DNA of 62,421 nt from NCBI GenBank assembly GCA_016783245.1, contig JADHWY010000002.1, forward strand, positions 1 through 62,421. The letters run 5' to 3'. Under the pieces are notes generated by a model. It worked only from the letters and a program-made list of their open reading frames with translations, had not been told where the DNA came from and searched no databases. This DNA comes from Dehalococcoidales bacterium (GTDB taxonomy: Bacteria > Chloroflexota > Dehalococcoidia > Dehalococcoidales > BS750m-G39). The translations under genes and the position numbers were made by a program. This document shows, one piece after another, positions 1 to 8,647 of this stretch (the first letter of the stretch is position 1; every line of letters starts with the position of its first letter).

Positions 1-311
1 GAAACTCATCCTCAACTACCTCCCTCGCCTGAGCTAGGGCATGAGCTGTGCCCAATTGCTTTTCCTGGGTGACATAGGTGATGTCAACGCCAAACTGCTC
101 CCCTGAGCCCATATAATCAAAGATTTGCTCCCGCCTATAACCGGCTACGAGCACGATATTACGAATACCGCTTTGCGCCAGCGCCTCAACCACATATTGC
201 AGTATCGGTTTACCAGCGATGGAAATCATTGCCTTTGGCCTGCTAGTGGTAAACGGCCTCAGCCTCTGCCCCTCACCCGCAGCCAGTATTAGCGCTTGTT
301 TCGTGGCTCAC
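1..311 (-). pseudogene. sugar-1-phosphate nucleotidyltransferase paralogue, 5' part only (runs off window), frameshifted at a 3-nt homopolymer
   Basis: GTG at 311 opens MSHEQALILAAGEGQRLRPFTTSR and then hits TAA at 212..210. The adjacent frame continues PKAMISIAGKPILQYVVEALAQSGIRNIVLVAGY...QLGTAHAL. Removing one base of CCC 239..241 joins both parts into the G-x-G-x-R-x-R-P...PK NTP-transferase signature. Confidence 0.7.
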
Positions 312-314
312 CTC

Positions 315-1535
315 CTAAAGTATCTTTGAACGTGGCAGGATAACCCCACTGACCACAGCCCCCGGTCCGATATGGACATCATTGCCAATTATACACCCAA
401 CGTTGATACAGGCGTTAATCCCGGTCTCTACATTATCCCCCATTATAGCCCCCAGCTTGCGCCTTTTGGTATTGATACCAGCCGCCCATATATCCTTCTT
501 ATCCAGCCTGAGATTAGCAACCTTGGTCCCAGCTCCCAAATTGCACCCCTCCCCGATAATGCTATCGCCCACATAGTTATGGTGAGGGATTTTACTCCCG
601 TTCATCACTATGGAGTTCTTAACCTCCACAGCACTGCCAATATGGCAGTTATCACCGATAGAGGTGTAAGGGCGAATATAACAATTGGGGCCAAGGTCAC
701 AATCCTGCCCAATTATCGCTGGACCAATTATATAGGAACCCGACCTTACTACCGTATTCTCACCAATAGAGACCGCGCCCTTTATCACCACATCCCCCTC
801 CGCCTCGCCCCCATTCTGCACCTCAATCCCCGAGAGCAGAGATTCATTAGCCGGCAGTAGGTCCCAGGGATAGCTCAGGTCTACCCAAGAGCCGAGCTCC
901 TGATATAAGATATGTTGCCCCTTATCTATCATCGACTGCAACGAATCGGTTATCTCATACTCTCCCCGCAGGGATTTTGCCGTCTGAGATGTGGCCTCCC
1001 ATATCTCCGGGGTGAATAGATATAGACCAGCATTAGCCATATTGAACGGGGGTTTTTCCGCCTTCTCATAGATGTGGACCACCCTGCCCCGGCTTAACTC
1101 TACCACCCCCAAACCCTCGGTATCCTCCACCTCAATGACGCTTAAAGTGATACCCTTCCCCTTAGCTACCCTTTTGATATCCTCGTGGGCGACAATGATA
1201 TCCCCGTTCATTACCAGAAAGCTGCCATCAACCACACCCTCAACCATCTTAAGGGCATCAGCCGTGCCCATTTGCTTCCTCTGGGTACAGTAATCTATAC
1301 TTACCCCCCACCTCTCACCATCACCAAAGTAATGGCGCACCTGCTCATCATGATAGCCAACAACAAAGATAAATTCCCTGATTCCTGCCTCCTTGGCTTG
1401 AATGAGCAGATGCTCCAGGATAGGCTTATTGGCTACAGGCAGCATCACCTTAGGTCTGGTATAGGTGAGGGGGCGCATCCGCTTCCCCTCTCCAGCAGCT
1501 AAAATAACTGCCTTCAACGCTGTTCCTCCATACAA
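315..1535 (-). CDS. bifunctional sugar-1-phosphate nucleotidylyltransferase / hexapeptide acetyltransferase (archaeal-type GlmU-like)
   Basis: 406-aa ORF. The N-terminus has AVILAAGEGKRMRPLT..RPK. The C-terminal half is left-handed beta-helix hexapeptide repeats (IGxxxxIG pattern). Confidence 0.8.
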   Translation of the reverse strand: MYGGTALKAVILAAGEGKRMRPLTYTRPKVMLPVANKPILEHLLIQAKEAGIREFIFVVGYHDEQVRHYFGDGERWGVSIDYCTQRKQMGTADALKMVEGVVDGSFLVMNGDIIVAHEDIKRVAKGKGITLSVIEVEDTEGLGVVELSRGRVVHIYEKAEKPPFNMANAGLYLFTPEIWEATSQTAKSLRGEYEITDSLQSMIDKGQHILYQELGSWVDLSYPWDLLPANESLLSGIEVQNGGEAEGDVVIKGAVSIGENTVVRSGSYIIGPAIIGQDCDLGPNCYIRPYTSIGDNCHIGSAVEVKNSIVMNGSKIPHHNYVGDSIIGEGCNLGAGTKVANLRLDKKDIWAAGINTKRRKLGAIMGDNVETGINACINVGCIIGNDVHIGPGAVVSGVILPRSKIL

Positions 1536-2806
1536 TCTTTGATTGCCCCCAGGGCACTATCGTATAGCTGGCGCACCCGCGCCTCGCTCTTAGCCTCAGC
1601 GGTTACCCTTATCTTAGGCTCGGTGCCCGATGCCCTGATAAGCAGCCAGCCATCCCCAAAATCGAGCCTGGTGCCGTCAATAACACTCACTGATAATGGC
1701 TTCATGGCCGAAAGCCGCTTCTCCAGATCAGACATCACTACCCCCTGACTGCCGATGCTACCGCGGAGAATAGGGTATTGGGGTATATCATCAACCAACC
1801 TCGATAGTTTATCATGACCGGCGATAGCCGTTATCCGGGCAGCAGCATAAATGCCATCGGGACACAGTGAGAAATTGGGGAAGACCCAGCTCCCCGAAGG
1901 CTCACCCCCAAAATCCCCTCCCCCCTTGAGTTCCTCGGAGACATAGGTATCTCCCACCCTGGTTCTGGCAACCTGGAAACCGGCTTCATCAATGGACATG
2001 GAGGCATCTACGGTAGTAACCACACCCTTCGCCCCCACCTCACGGGCAAAAAGCACCAGCAGCCTGTCCCCGGCGATAAACCGCCCCTTATCATCCACCG
2101 CCATCATCCTGTCGGCATCCCCATCATGGGCAAGACCTAAATCAGCGCCAAACCCCTTGACAGCTCGCATCAAATCCCCCAGATTAGCTTCAGTCGGCTC
2201 AATATTATGAGGGAAGAAACCACTGGGATAACAGTTGAGGGCTACTACCTCGCAGTCGAGCCTTCTCAATAGCTCGGGGGTGACCAGTGAAGCAGCACCA
2301 CAGCAACCATCCACCACCACTTTGAGCTTCAATGGGGTGGGAAAGCTCTGGAGTATCCCGGCGATATGCTCCTCAACGGCTCCGTTATGGGCACCGCCGC
2401 TCTTAATCTCCTCCCAGGAGGCGGCGGTAAAGGAATCAGCCAAAACCGCTTCCTCTATCTGTTGGCGCTGGCGGGAATCAAAGGCTGAGCCATCTGGATT
2501 TACCAGTTTAATGCCATTATACTCGGGGGGGTTGTGTGAGGCGGTAATCATTGCCCCGGCATCAAATTCCCTGGCGGCATAGGCCAGGGTGGGCAGGGGC
2601 ACCACCCCGACATCACAACACCTGGAGCCAGCGGATAATAACCCTGAGAGAAGGGCATGCTTCATCACCGGGCTGGAGGTTCTGGTATCACAGCCCACCA
2701 CTATGCTGGGATAGACCCCCCCTACCACCAAGCCGACCTTCAGTGCTAACTGAATTAGTTCCTCATCAGCGACTCTACGTATGCCGGAGGTGCCAAATAA
2801 CTGCAT
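1514..2806 (-). CDS. phosphohexomutase (phosphoglucosamine mutase / phosphomannomutase type)
   Basis: 430-aa ORF with the active-site loop TASHNPPEYNGIK and the metal loop AHDGDADR. Confidence 0.85.
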   Translation of the reverse strand: MQLFGTSGIRRVADEELIQLALKVGLVVGGVYPSIVVGCDTRTSSPVMKHALLSGLLSAGSRCCDVGVVPLPTLAYAAREFDAGAMITASHNPPEYNGIKLVNPDGSAFDSRQRQQIEEAVLADSFTAASWEEIKSGGAHNGAVEEHIAGILQSFPTPLKLKVVVDGCCGAASLVTPELLRRLDCEVVALNCYPSGFFPHNIEPTEANLGDLMRAVKGFGADLGLAHDGDADRMMAVDDKGRFIAGDRLLVLFAREVGAKGVVTTVDASMSIDEAGFQVARTRVGDTYVSEELKGGGDFGGEPSGSWVFPNFSLCPDGIYAAARITAIAGHDKLSRLVDDIPQYPILRGSIGSQGVVMSDLEKRLSAMKPLSVSVIDGTRLDFGDGWLLIRASGTEPKIRVTAEAKSEARVRQLYDSALGAIKDCMEEQR

Positions 2807-2901
2807 ACCAACAATTTAATCCCATTAATCAATGGTGTCAACTTGCCAGTTGGCGAAAACAATGCTCAAGCTTTGAAGGGCTAGCCTGTGGTATGATATA
2901 A

Positions 2902-3312
2902 AAAGGTGGGGCGCATGGAGATATTCTGCTTTCGTTCCCGTACCTTGGCGAGATCACAGCGGCAATTATTATAGGCATCACCAAGGATATAGCCAGATGG
3001 CCTGACAAGAAGAAATTCAAAAAGGCTTTCGGGGTTTATAGCAAACTGAGCCAGTCAGGCGGTGCCTCTGGCCGAACAAGACAGGGGAGGGAGGGGAGTA
3101 GACATGGACGGAGAGCCCTATTTTAGATATGCTTTGGCTGTGTTAGAACTAACGCACCTGATAACGATTTTAGGGACTATTATCTCCGACAAGTAGCACG
3201 GGGTAAACCACGCATTAAAGCACTAGTTGCTACCATGGGCAAGCTAGCTGAAATCATCTACCATTGTCTCAAAGCTGGGGAGCCATACCGGTATCAAGGT
3301 ATATACAAATGA
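2902..3312 (+). pseudogene. IS110-family transposase relic (C-terminal about 135 codons only, in-frame TAG at 3124..3126)
   Basis: Hand translation gives ILLSFPYLGEITAAIIIGITKDIARWPDKKKFKKAFGVYSKLSQSGGASGRTRQGREGSRHGRRALF*ICFGCVRTNAPDNDFRDYYLRQVARGKPRIKALVATMGKLAEIIYHCLKAGEPYRY. This matches the conserved IS110 C-terminal pattern (PGIG..tAa.l.aeigd..rF...k.l.ay.Gl.P...qSG...r.sk.G...lR.aL..aA..a.r.n...k.fY.rl...GK..k.AlvA..rKL). The N-terminal DEDD domain is absent. Confidence 0.7.
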
Positions 3313-3321
3313 GCGAGATAG

Positions 3322-3945
3322 TATACGGAATTGAGAATCTGCCAGCTTTGTGAGAGAATGGGAGTAAGCGTTTGGGAGGTTATTGATGCCGCCTCAACCA
3401 AGCCTTTCGGATATGTGCCTTTCTACCCTGGACCGGGGGTGGGAGGGCACTGTATTCCCCTCGATCCCTATTATCTGGCTAACAAAGCCAGAGAGTTTGA
3501 TTTCCATACCAGATTTATTGAGCTTGCCGCTGAGATCAACGAGCAGATGCCATATTATGTGGTTTCACGCATTACGGAAGCCCTAAGCGCCGAGGGAAAG
3601 AGCCTGAAGGGCGCTAAAATACTATTACTAGGAGTAGCATATAAGAAAGATGTCGGAGATACTAGGGGGTCGCCTTCCATGAAACTAATTCAGCTTCTTC
3701 AGGAGAAGGGAGCGGACGTATACTATAATGACCCTTATGTGCTGCAAATTCAGCTTTCCCGTGGTACCCTAACCTCGGCAAACCTTACTGAGGAGTGCCT
3801 ATCCTCGATGGATTGCACTGTAATAGCCACTGACCATAGTTGTTACGATTTAGACCAAGTAGCAGCTTGGTCTAAATTAGTATTTGATACCAGAGGAGCC
3901 ACTCGGAAGCTTAAGCGCGATAACATTATCAGGCTGAGGGAGTGA
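3322..3945 (+). pseudogene. 5'-truncated nucleotide-sugar dehydrogenase (UDP-ManNAc/GlcNAc dehydrogenase WecC-like), C-terminal half only
   Basis: The frame opens right after a TAG at 3319. It reads ELRICQLCERMGVSVWEVIDAASTKPFGYVPFYPGPGVGGHCIPLDPYYL (catalytic GGHCI) plus the C-terminal UDP-binding domain LLLGVAYKKDVGDTRGSP. The Rossmann N-domain (about 200 aa) is missing. Confidence 0.8.
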
Positions 3946-4018
3946 ACCAATATAGCTCCTGGCCCACCTTGTAGGTCTACTCTAAATAATTGCCAGTAGG
4001 CAATTCTTATGCAAGATA

Positions 4019-4047
4019 TTGACAATTGTCCTTAAATAATTTATAAT
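4019..4047 (+). promoter_or_regulatory. consensus sigma70-type promoter (TTGACA-17 nt-TATAAT)
   Basis: TTGACA lies at 4019..4024 and TATAAT at 4042..4047, with an exact 17-nt spacer. It sits about 55 nt upstream of the HTH gene, whose GAGGT ribosome-binding site precedes ATG 4103. Confidence 0.5.
4021..4030. promoter_or_regulatory. perfect 10-bp palindrome GACAATTGTC overlapping the -35 box (candidate operator)
   Basis: The sequence is self-complementary. A second inverted repeat, AATTGCC-agta-GGCAATT, lies at 3988..4005. Confidence 0.35.
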
Positions 4048-4102
4048 CATTTTCACGTGCTATGGGCGACAACACTTCACTTAATATAGCATTTGAGGTA
4101 AA

Positions 4103-4303
4103 ATGAAGCAATTAAAGGAAAGGGTGAAGGCACTGCGCCAGAAGAGAGGCTGGTCACAAGAGGATTTAGCACGGGAGATAGATGTCAGCCTCACCACTAT
4201 CCAGCGTTGGGAGACTAGGGGGGCTAAGCCCACCCGCCTTGCCCGCAAAGAACTTGAGAAGCTCTTCAAACAGGCAGGAATGGATAGTGAGGATAAACGG
4301 TGA
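4103..4303 (+). CDS. small XRE-type helix-turn-helix DNA-binding protein
   Basis: 66-aa ORF with LRQKRGWSQEDLAREIDVSLTTIQRWETRG, a typical HTH_3 pattern. Confidence 0.75.
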   Translation: MKQLKERVKALRQKRGWSQEDLAREIDVSLTTIQRWETRGAKPTRLARKELEKLFKQAGMDSEDKR

Positions 4304-4405
4304 GGACCCGTGGCGACTAATCGAGACCAGGTAGAGGTTGAATAAGGGAGTTTTTACAGAATCACTAGTTTCAATAGTTCATAATGAAATTCTACGGTAT
4401 GAGCA

Positions 4406-5218
4406 ATGCTGAGACAAAACTGTAGCCGAATAACAGGTGGCTATGAACTAGAGGGAGCAGCGACTTCAGATTCTGCGTCCCGATTAATGGTGAGCACAAT
4501 CATTCCAGCCAGAGACGAGGCAAACTCCATCAGCAGTGTCATCCATAAGATTAGGGAAAGCCTCTCTGGAATGCCTCACGAGATAATCGTGGTTAACGAT
4601 GGGTCAAGGGATGGAACGGGGCAAGTCGCCTCCAGGAGTGGCGTAATTCTAGTCTCTCACCAGAGGAATCTAGGGAAGGGCGCTGCCATGAAGACGGGGG
4701 TGCAGAATGCCTCTGGGAGGGTAATCGTCTTCCTTGATGGCGATGGAGCCCATCACCCGCAAGATATAGCGAGGGTAATCGCTCCGATTCTAGAAGGGAA
4801 AGCCGACCTCGTCATCGGCTCAAGAGCTTTACCTGAATCAAACGTCTCTATTTCTCCCCTTACCAGAAGGCTCAGCAACAAGTTGGCCTCCTTTATTATT
4901 TCAGGGGTCATCTCCTTTCTTTTGCCTCTGATAACACTATTCAAGTGCTCAGTGAGGTGGATCAAGATAACCGACTGCACTAGCGGCTTCAGGGCAATAA
5001 AAAGGGACGCCTGGCAAAAGCTTAACTTGGCTTCACGAGGATTTCAGATAGAGACTGAGATGATCTATGAAGCGGCAAGAAACAGGTTCGTCATTGTAGA
5101 GGCTCCCATAAGTTGCAACTGGAATAAAGAGCTTTCGCATCTTTCTATCCTTAGGGACGGCTGGAAGACATTGAAACTGCTGGCCAGAAAGCTTATCGGT
5201 GACGTTGGAGGAAGATAG
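4406..5218 (+). CDS. family-2 glycosyltransferase (DPM1/polyprenol-phosphate sugar synthase-like)
   Basis: It has STIIPARDEANSI...EIIVVNDGSRDGT...FLDGDG, the GT2 DxD architecture. The true start may be the internal ATG at 4487. Confidence 0.85.
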   Translation: MLRQNCSRITGGYELEGAATSDSASRLMVSTIIPARDEANSISSVIHKIRESLSGMPHEIIVVNDGSRDGTGQVASRSGVILVSHQRNLGKGAAMKTGVQNASGRVIVFLDGDGAHHPQDIARVIAPILEGKADLVIGSRALPESNVSISPLTRRLSNKLASFIISGVISFLLPLITLFKCSVRWIKITDCTSGFRAIKRDAWQKLNLASRGFQIETEMIYEAARNRFVIVEAPISCNWNKELSHLSILRDGWKTLKLLARKLIGDVGGR

Positions 5219-5336
5219 GTGTCAACCGGCGGCATAGTGGGAGCTGACATTTTAGACCGGGAACGCTAAAGCTTGGCAAGGATTTCATCAGGGACATGGT
5301 ACTACGGCTTACCTTGGAGAGGTAGAGCAATACGTA

Positions 5337-6434
5337 ATGGAGGGCGAATTGTTGAGGCAGAAGCACGGTATAGCTACCCCCGAGTTTGAGCAAATTTCAT
5401 CTTCGAAGACGGTAAAACTACCTGCTGAAGGGTATGTCAACGGTTTAATGGAAGTAAGCATCATCATTCCAATGTATAATGCAGGGAAAACAATTATTCA
5501 AACATTGAGAGCGCTCAAGAATCAAACGAGAAAGGACTTTGAGGTTATAGTAGTTGATGATGGAAGTACAGACACTTCAGCCAGGCTTGTTGCTGAATTC
5601 AGCAAACAAAGCAATTTAACGATTAGATTGGTTCATCAGGAAAACTCTGGACCAGCCAAGGCAAGAAATCTAGGTGTGAAACATTCCAAAGGCGATATTA
5701 TCATCTTTCTGGACTCCGATTGCATTCCACCGCCTAATTGGGTTCAGGAGATGGTAAGCCCGTTAAATAAAAGTGTTGTCGGATGTAATTGCGGCTATAA
5801 AGTGAAGAACAGAGATAGCCTTATTGCCCGATACGTTGACTATGAAATTGCCAAACGGCATGAAAAGATGATTGGGAGAAATATAGACACTATCGGCACG
5901 TATTCGGCAAGTTTTGTAAAGGCTGCCTTCGTGGAAGCAGGCGCTTTTAATACTGAGTATACTGCTGCAAACGCCGAGGATTTTGACCTAGCCTTTAGTA
6001 TTACGAGAATGGGGTACAACCTAAGATTTATCGGTGAGGTGTTCGTGTGGCATTTCCATCCCGACTCACTGGGAAAGTATCTTAAGCAGCAATTCTCCCG
6101 AGGGTACTGGAGGGTTAAGATGTATCTCAGAAACAGGAGCAAGGCAATAAGTGGCGATAGCTATACTAGGCATGAGGCGCAGGTTCAATTCATCCTGTCT
6201 AGTTTAGCCTTTCTATCACTGCCTTTGATGATTGTCAAACCGTATTCGGTAATTATTGGTTTTGGAATACTACTACTCTCTAACGCACCTCTAGGCTTGT
6301 GGGTCTTTGCTAAAGATAAGAGAGTTGGTCTGATAGCCCCTATTATAGCTAGCTTGCGCTCGTTAGCTGGCACTATTGGTGCTTATACTTACCTGGTGAA
6401 GAATTTCCCAAACTGGTTAAAGGAGGCACGATGA
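5337..6434 (+). CDS. family-2 glycosyltransferase with C-terminal membrane segments
   Basis: It has VSIIIPMYNAGKTI...EVIVVDDGSTDTS...FLDSDC, and the C-terminal about 90 aa are hydrophobic. ATGA overlap with ugd. Confidence 0.85.
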   Translation: MEGELLRQKHGIATPEFEQISSSKTVKLPAEGYVNGLMEVSIIIPMYNAGKTIIQTLRALKNQTRKDFEVIVVDDGSTDTSARLVAEFSKQSNLTIRLVHQENSGPAKARNLGVKHSKGDIIIFLDSDCIPPPNWVQEMVSPLNKSVVGCNCGYKVKNRDSLIARYVDYEIAKRHEKMIGRNIDTIGTYSASFVKAAFVEAGAFNTEYTAANAEDFDLAFSITRMGYNLRFIGEVFVWHFHPDSLGKYLKQQFSRGYWRVKMYLRNRSKAISGDSYTRHEAQVQFILSSLAFLSLPLMIVKPYSVIIGFGILLLSNAPLGLWVFAKDKRVGLIAPIIASLRSLAGTIGAYTYLVKNFPNWLKEAR

Positions 6435-7678
6435 GGATTTCTATTGTTGGGGCTGGATACGTTGGCTGTGCCACTGGGGCAGGTCTAGCCAAGCTTGGAC
6501 ACGAGGTCACCTTTGTCGATTCAAACAAGGAGAAAGTAGATACTTTAAGTGAACTTAAATGTCCAGTATATGAAAAAGATGTGGAAGCTATATTAAAAAG
6601 CAGTAGGGTAAGAGCAACTTGCGACCTTGAGTATGCCGTAAGAAACACTGAGGTCAGCTTTATTTGTGTCGCCACTAATAGTACTCCAAGTGGTGGTTCT
6701 ATTGACCTAAGTCAAATCAAAGAGGTAGCCGAACAAATTGGCAAGGCTCTAAGCAACTATCATCTGGTGGTGGTTAAGAGCACAGTTCTACCAGGAACAA
6801 CAGAAAACGTCATAGTTCCCCTTCTAGAAAGACACAGTAAGAAGGTTAAAAGTGACTTCCAGATTTGTGTTAATCCTGAATTCCTAAGGGAGGGTTTTGC
6901 TGTTGAGGACTTCCTCCACCCCTATAGAGTTATCATTGGCGAAATCGACAAAAAAGGTGGAGACATCCTGGTTGAATTGTATAAACATCTTGATTCTCCA
7001 ATAGTAAGGTGTGATTTAAGGACTGCCGAGCTGATCAAATATGCTTCTAATGCCTTCTTGGCTATGAAGCTCTCCTTCATGAATGAAATAGGAAATATGT
7101 GTAAGAAATTGGGGATTGATGTCTATGAAGTGGCTAAAGGGATGGGGTACGACGAGAGAATTGGTAACAAGTTCTTAAATGCCGGCATTGGCTTTGGTGG
7201 CTCTTGCCTGCCTAAAGACGTTAGGGCTCTGATGGTAATGGGCGGTGAACTAGGCTATAAACCAAGAATATTGGAAGAGGTTTTAAACCTGAACGAGCAG
7301 CAGCCGCTAAGAATGTTGGAACTCCTAAAGAAACATATTCCTAATCTGAATGGCAAAAAGATAGGGATTCTGGGGTTAGCCTTCAAAGCCGATACAGATG
7401 ACGTTCGAGAATCAAGAGCAATAACAATTGTTGACGCCCTGCTAAGAGAAGGGGCAGTAATTAGAGCCTATGACCCGGTAGCTATGAGAGATTTTAAGAG
7501 ATTATTCCCCGATATAAAATACACTGGTCCCGAGGAAGTCTTGCAATGTGACGCAATTTTAATATTAACTGACTGGCACCAGTTCAATAGTTTTAACTAT
7601 AAAGGGAAGATAGTTATAGATGGAAAGCGAATCAACAAGGCCCGAGAGTCCAAAATATATGAAGGCATATGTTGGTGA
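6431..7678 (+). CDS. ugd: UDP-glucose 6-dehydrogenase
   Basis: It has MRISIVGAGYVGCATGAGLA, NPEFLREG and the catalytic GFGGSCLPKD. Confidence 0.9.
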   Translation: MRISIVGAGYVGCATGAGLAKLGHEVTFVDSNKEKVDTLSELKCPVYEKDVEAILKSSRVRATCDLEYAVRNTEVSFICVATNSTPSGGSIDLSQIKEVAEQIGKALSNYHLVVVKSTVLPGTTENVIVPLLERHSKKVKSDFQICVNPEFLREGFAVEDFLHPYRVIIGEIDKKGGDILVELYKHLDSPIVRCDLRTAELIKYASNAFLAMKLSFMNEIGNMCKKLGIDVYEVAKGMGYDERIGNKFLNAGIGFGGSCLPKDVRALMVMGGELGYKPRILEEVLNLNEQQPLRMLELLKKHIPNLNGKKIGILGLAFKADTDDVRESRAITIVDALLREGAVIRAYDPVAMRDFKRLFPDIKYTGPEEVLQCDAILILTDWHQFNSFNYKGKIVIDGKRINKARESKIYEGICW

Positions 7679-7714
7679 CAGATAAGTAGTGGGTGGAGGA
7701 GACTTCTTTCAACA

Positions 7715-8647
7715 ATGAGTAAGGGAAATGTCTTAGTAACAGGTGGTGCTGGGTTTCTAGGCTCTTGGCTCTGCGACTTCCTGGTAAGAGAAGGCTTCAG
7801 GGTAACATGTGTAGATAATCTGAGCTCCGGAGACAGAAAGAACCTGGAGCATTTGGATGTTGAGTTTATCAAGCATGATGCTCGGAAACCCTTCAACCTA
7901 GGTATAAAAGTGGACTATATTTTCCACTTAGCCTCCAGGGCGTCACCAGCCGATTTTCAAAAGTACCCCGTGGATATTCTGCTAACCAATTCCCTGGGTA
8001 CATACAATGTGCTCAAGTTTGCTGAGCAGAACAATGCCAGGTTTGTGCTAACCTCAACCTCTGAGGTCTATGGGAACCCTCTCCAGTATCCCCAAAATGA
8101 AGACTACTGGGGAAATGTTAATCCTATAGGGCCAAGGTCATGTTATGATGAATCAAAGAGATTCTCAGAGGCTTTAGCCATGGCGTTTTACCGGGAGAGC
8201 GGATTAGATATCAGGGTGGGAAGGATATTTAATACCTATGGCGAGAGGATGCGAAAGGACGATGGCAGAGTAACTCCCAATTTAATAAACCAAGCTTTAA
8301 GAAATGAGCCAATAACAGTTTATGGTGATGGTTCTCAAACAAGGTCATTTTGCTATGTTAGTGACATGGTGGACGGTTTAACCAGACTTATGTTTTTAGA
8401 AAGCCTTCGTGGAGAGGTGATAAACCTTGGTAGTCCTAATGAGATAAGCATTCTGGAACTGGCCGAACTGATAAAGGGACTAGTAAATACCAATTCAGAG
8501 ATAATATTCAAACCTCTCCCGCCCGATGACCCAACAAGACGAAAGCCAGATATCGCCAAAGCAAAACAGAAACTGGACTGGGAGCCAGTCATTAGTTTAG
8601 AGGAAGGACTAGCAAGAACAATCGGGTTTTTCAGGGCGAGCCAATGA
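7715..8647 (+). CDS. uxs: UDP-glucuronate decarboxylase (UDP-xylose synthase) type SDR
   Basis: It has VTGGAGFLGSWL, STSEVYG and YDESKRFSE (YxxxK). Length and pattern match UXS. Confidence 0.8.
   Translation: MSKGNVLVTGGAGFLGSWLCDFLVREGFRVTCVDNLSSGDRKNLEHLDVEFIKHDARKPFNLGIKVDYIFHLASRASPADFQKYPVDILLTNSLGTYNVLKFAEQNNARFVLTSTSEVYGNPLQYPQNEDYWGNVNPIGPRSCYDESKRFSEALAMAFYRESGLDIRVGRIFNTYGERMRKDDGRVTPNLINQALRNEPITVYGDGSQTRSFCYVSDMVDGLTRLMFLESLRGEVINLGSPNEISILELAELIKGLVNTNSEIIFKPLPPDDPTRRKPDIAKAKQKLDWEPVISLEEGLARTIGFFRASQ

Noticed and set aside
239-241. The idea that the short homopolymers at 239..241 and 40525..40528 act as phase-variation switches.
   Set aside because: Tracts of 3-4 nt are far shorter than known slipped-strand contingency tracts. 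A point indel or a sequencing error is more parsimonious.
372-1502. Several + strand ORFs (162, 64, 73 and 105 aa) opposite the GlmU-like gene.
   Set aside because: They are shadow ORFs antisense to a well-supported CDS. Their translations are low-complexity (P/L/I/T-rich), with no ribosome-binding site or family resemblance.
4318-4338. An 8-nt identity (TCGAGACC) to the tRNA-Lys T-arm just after the HTH gene, considered as a distal att repeat.
   Set aside because: Only 8 contiguous matches were found, which is expected by chance in 62 kb. It is also in inverted rather than direct orientation relative to the tRNA.
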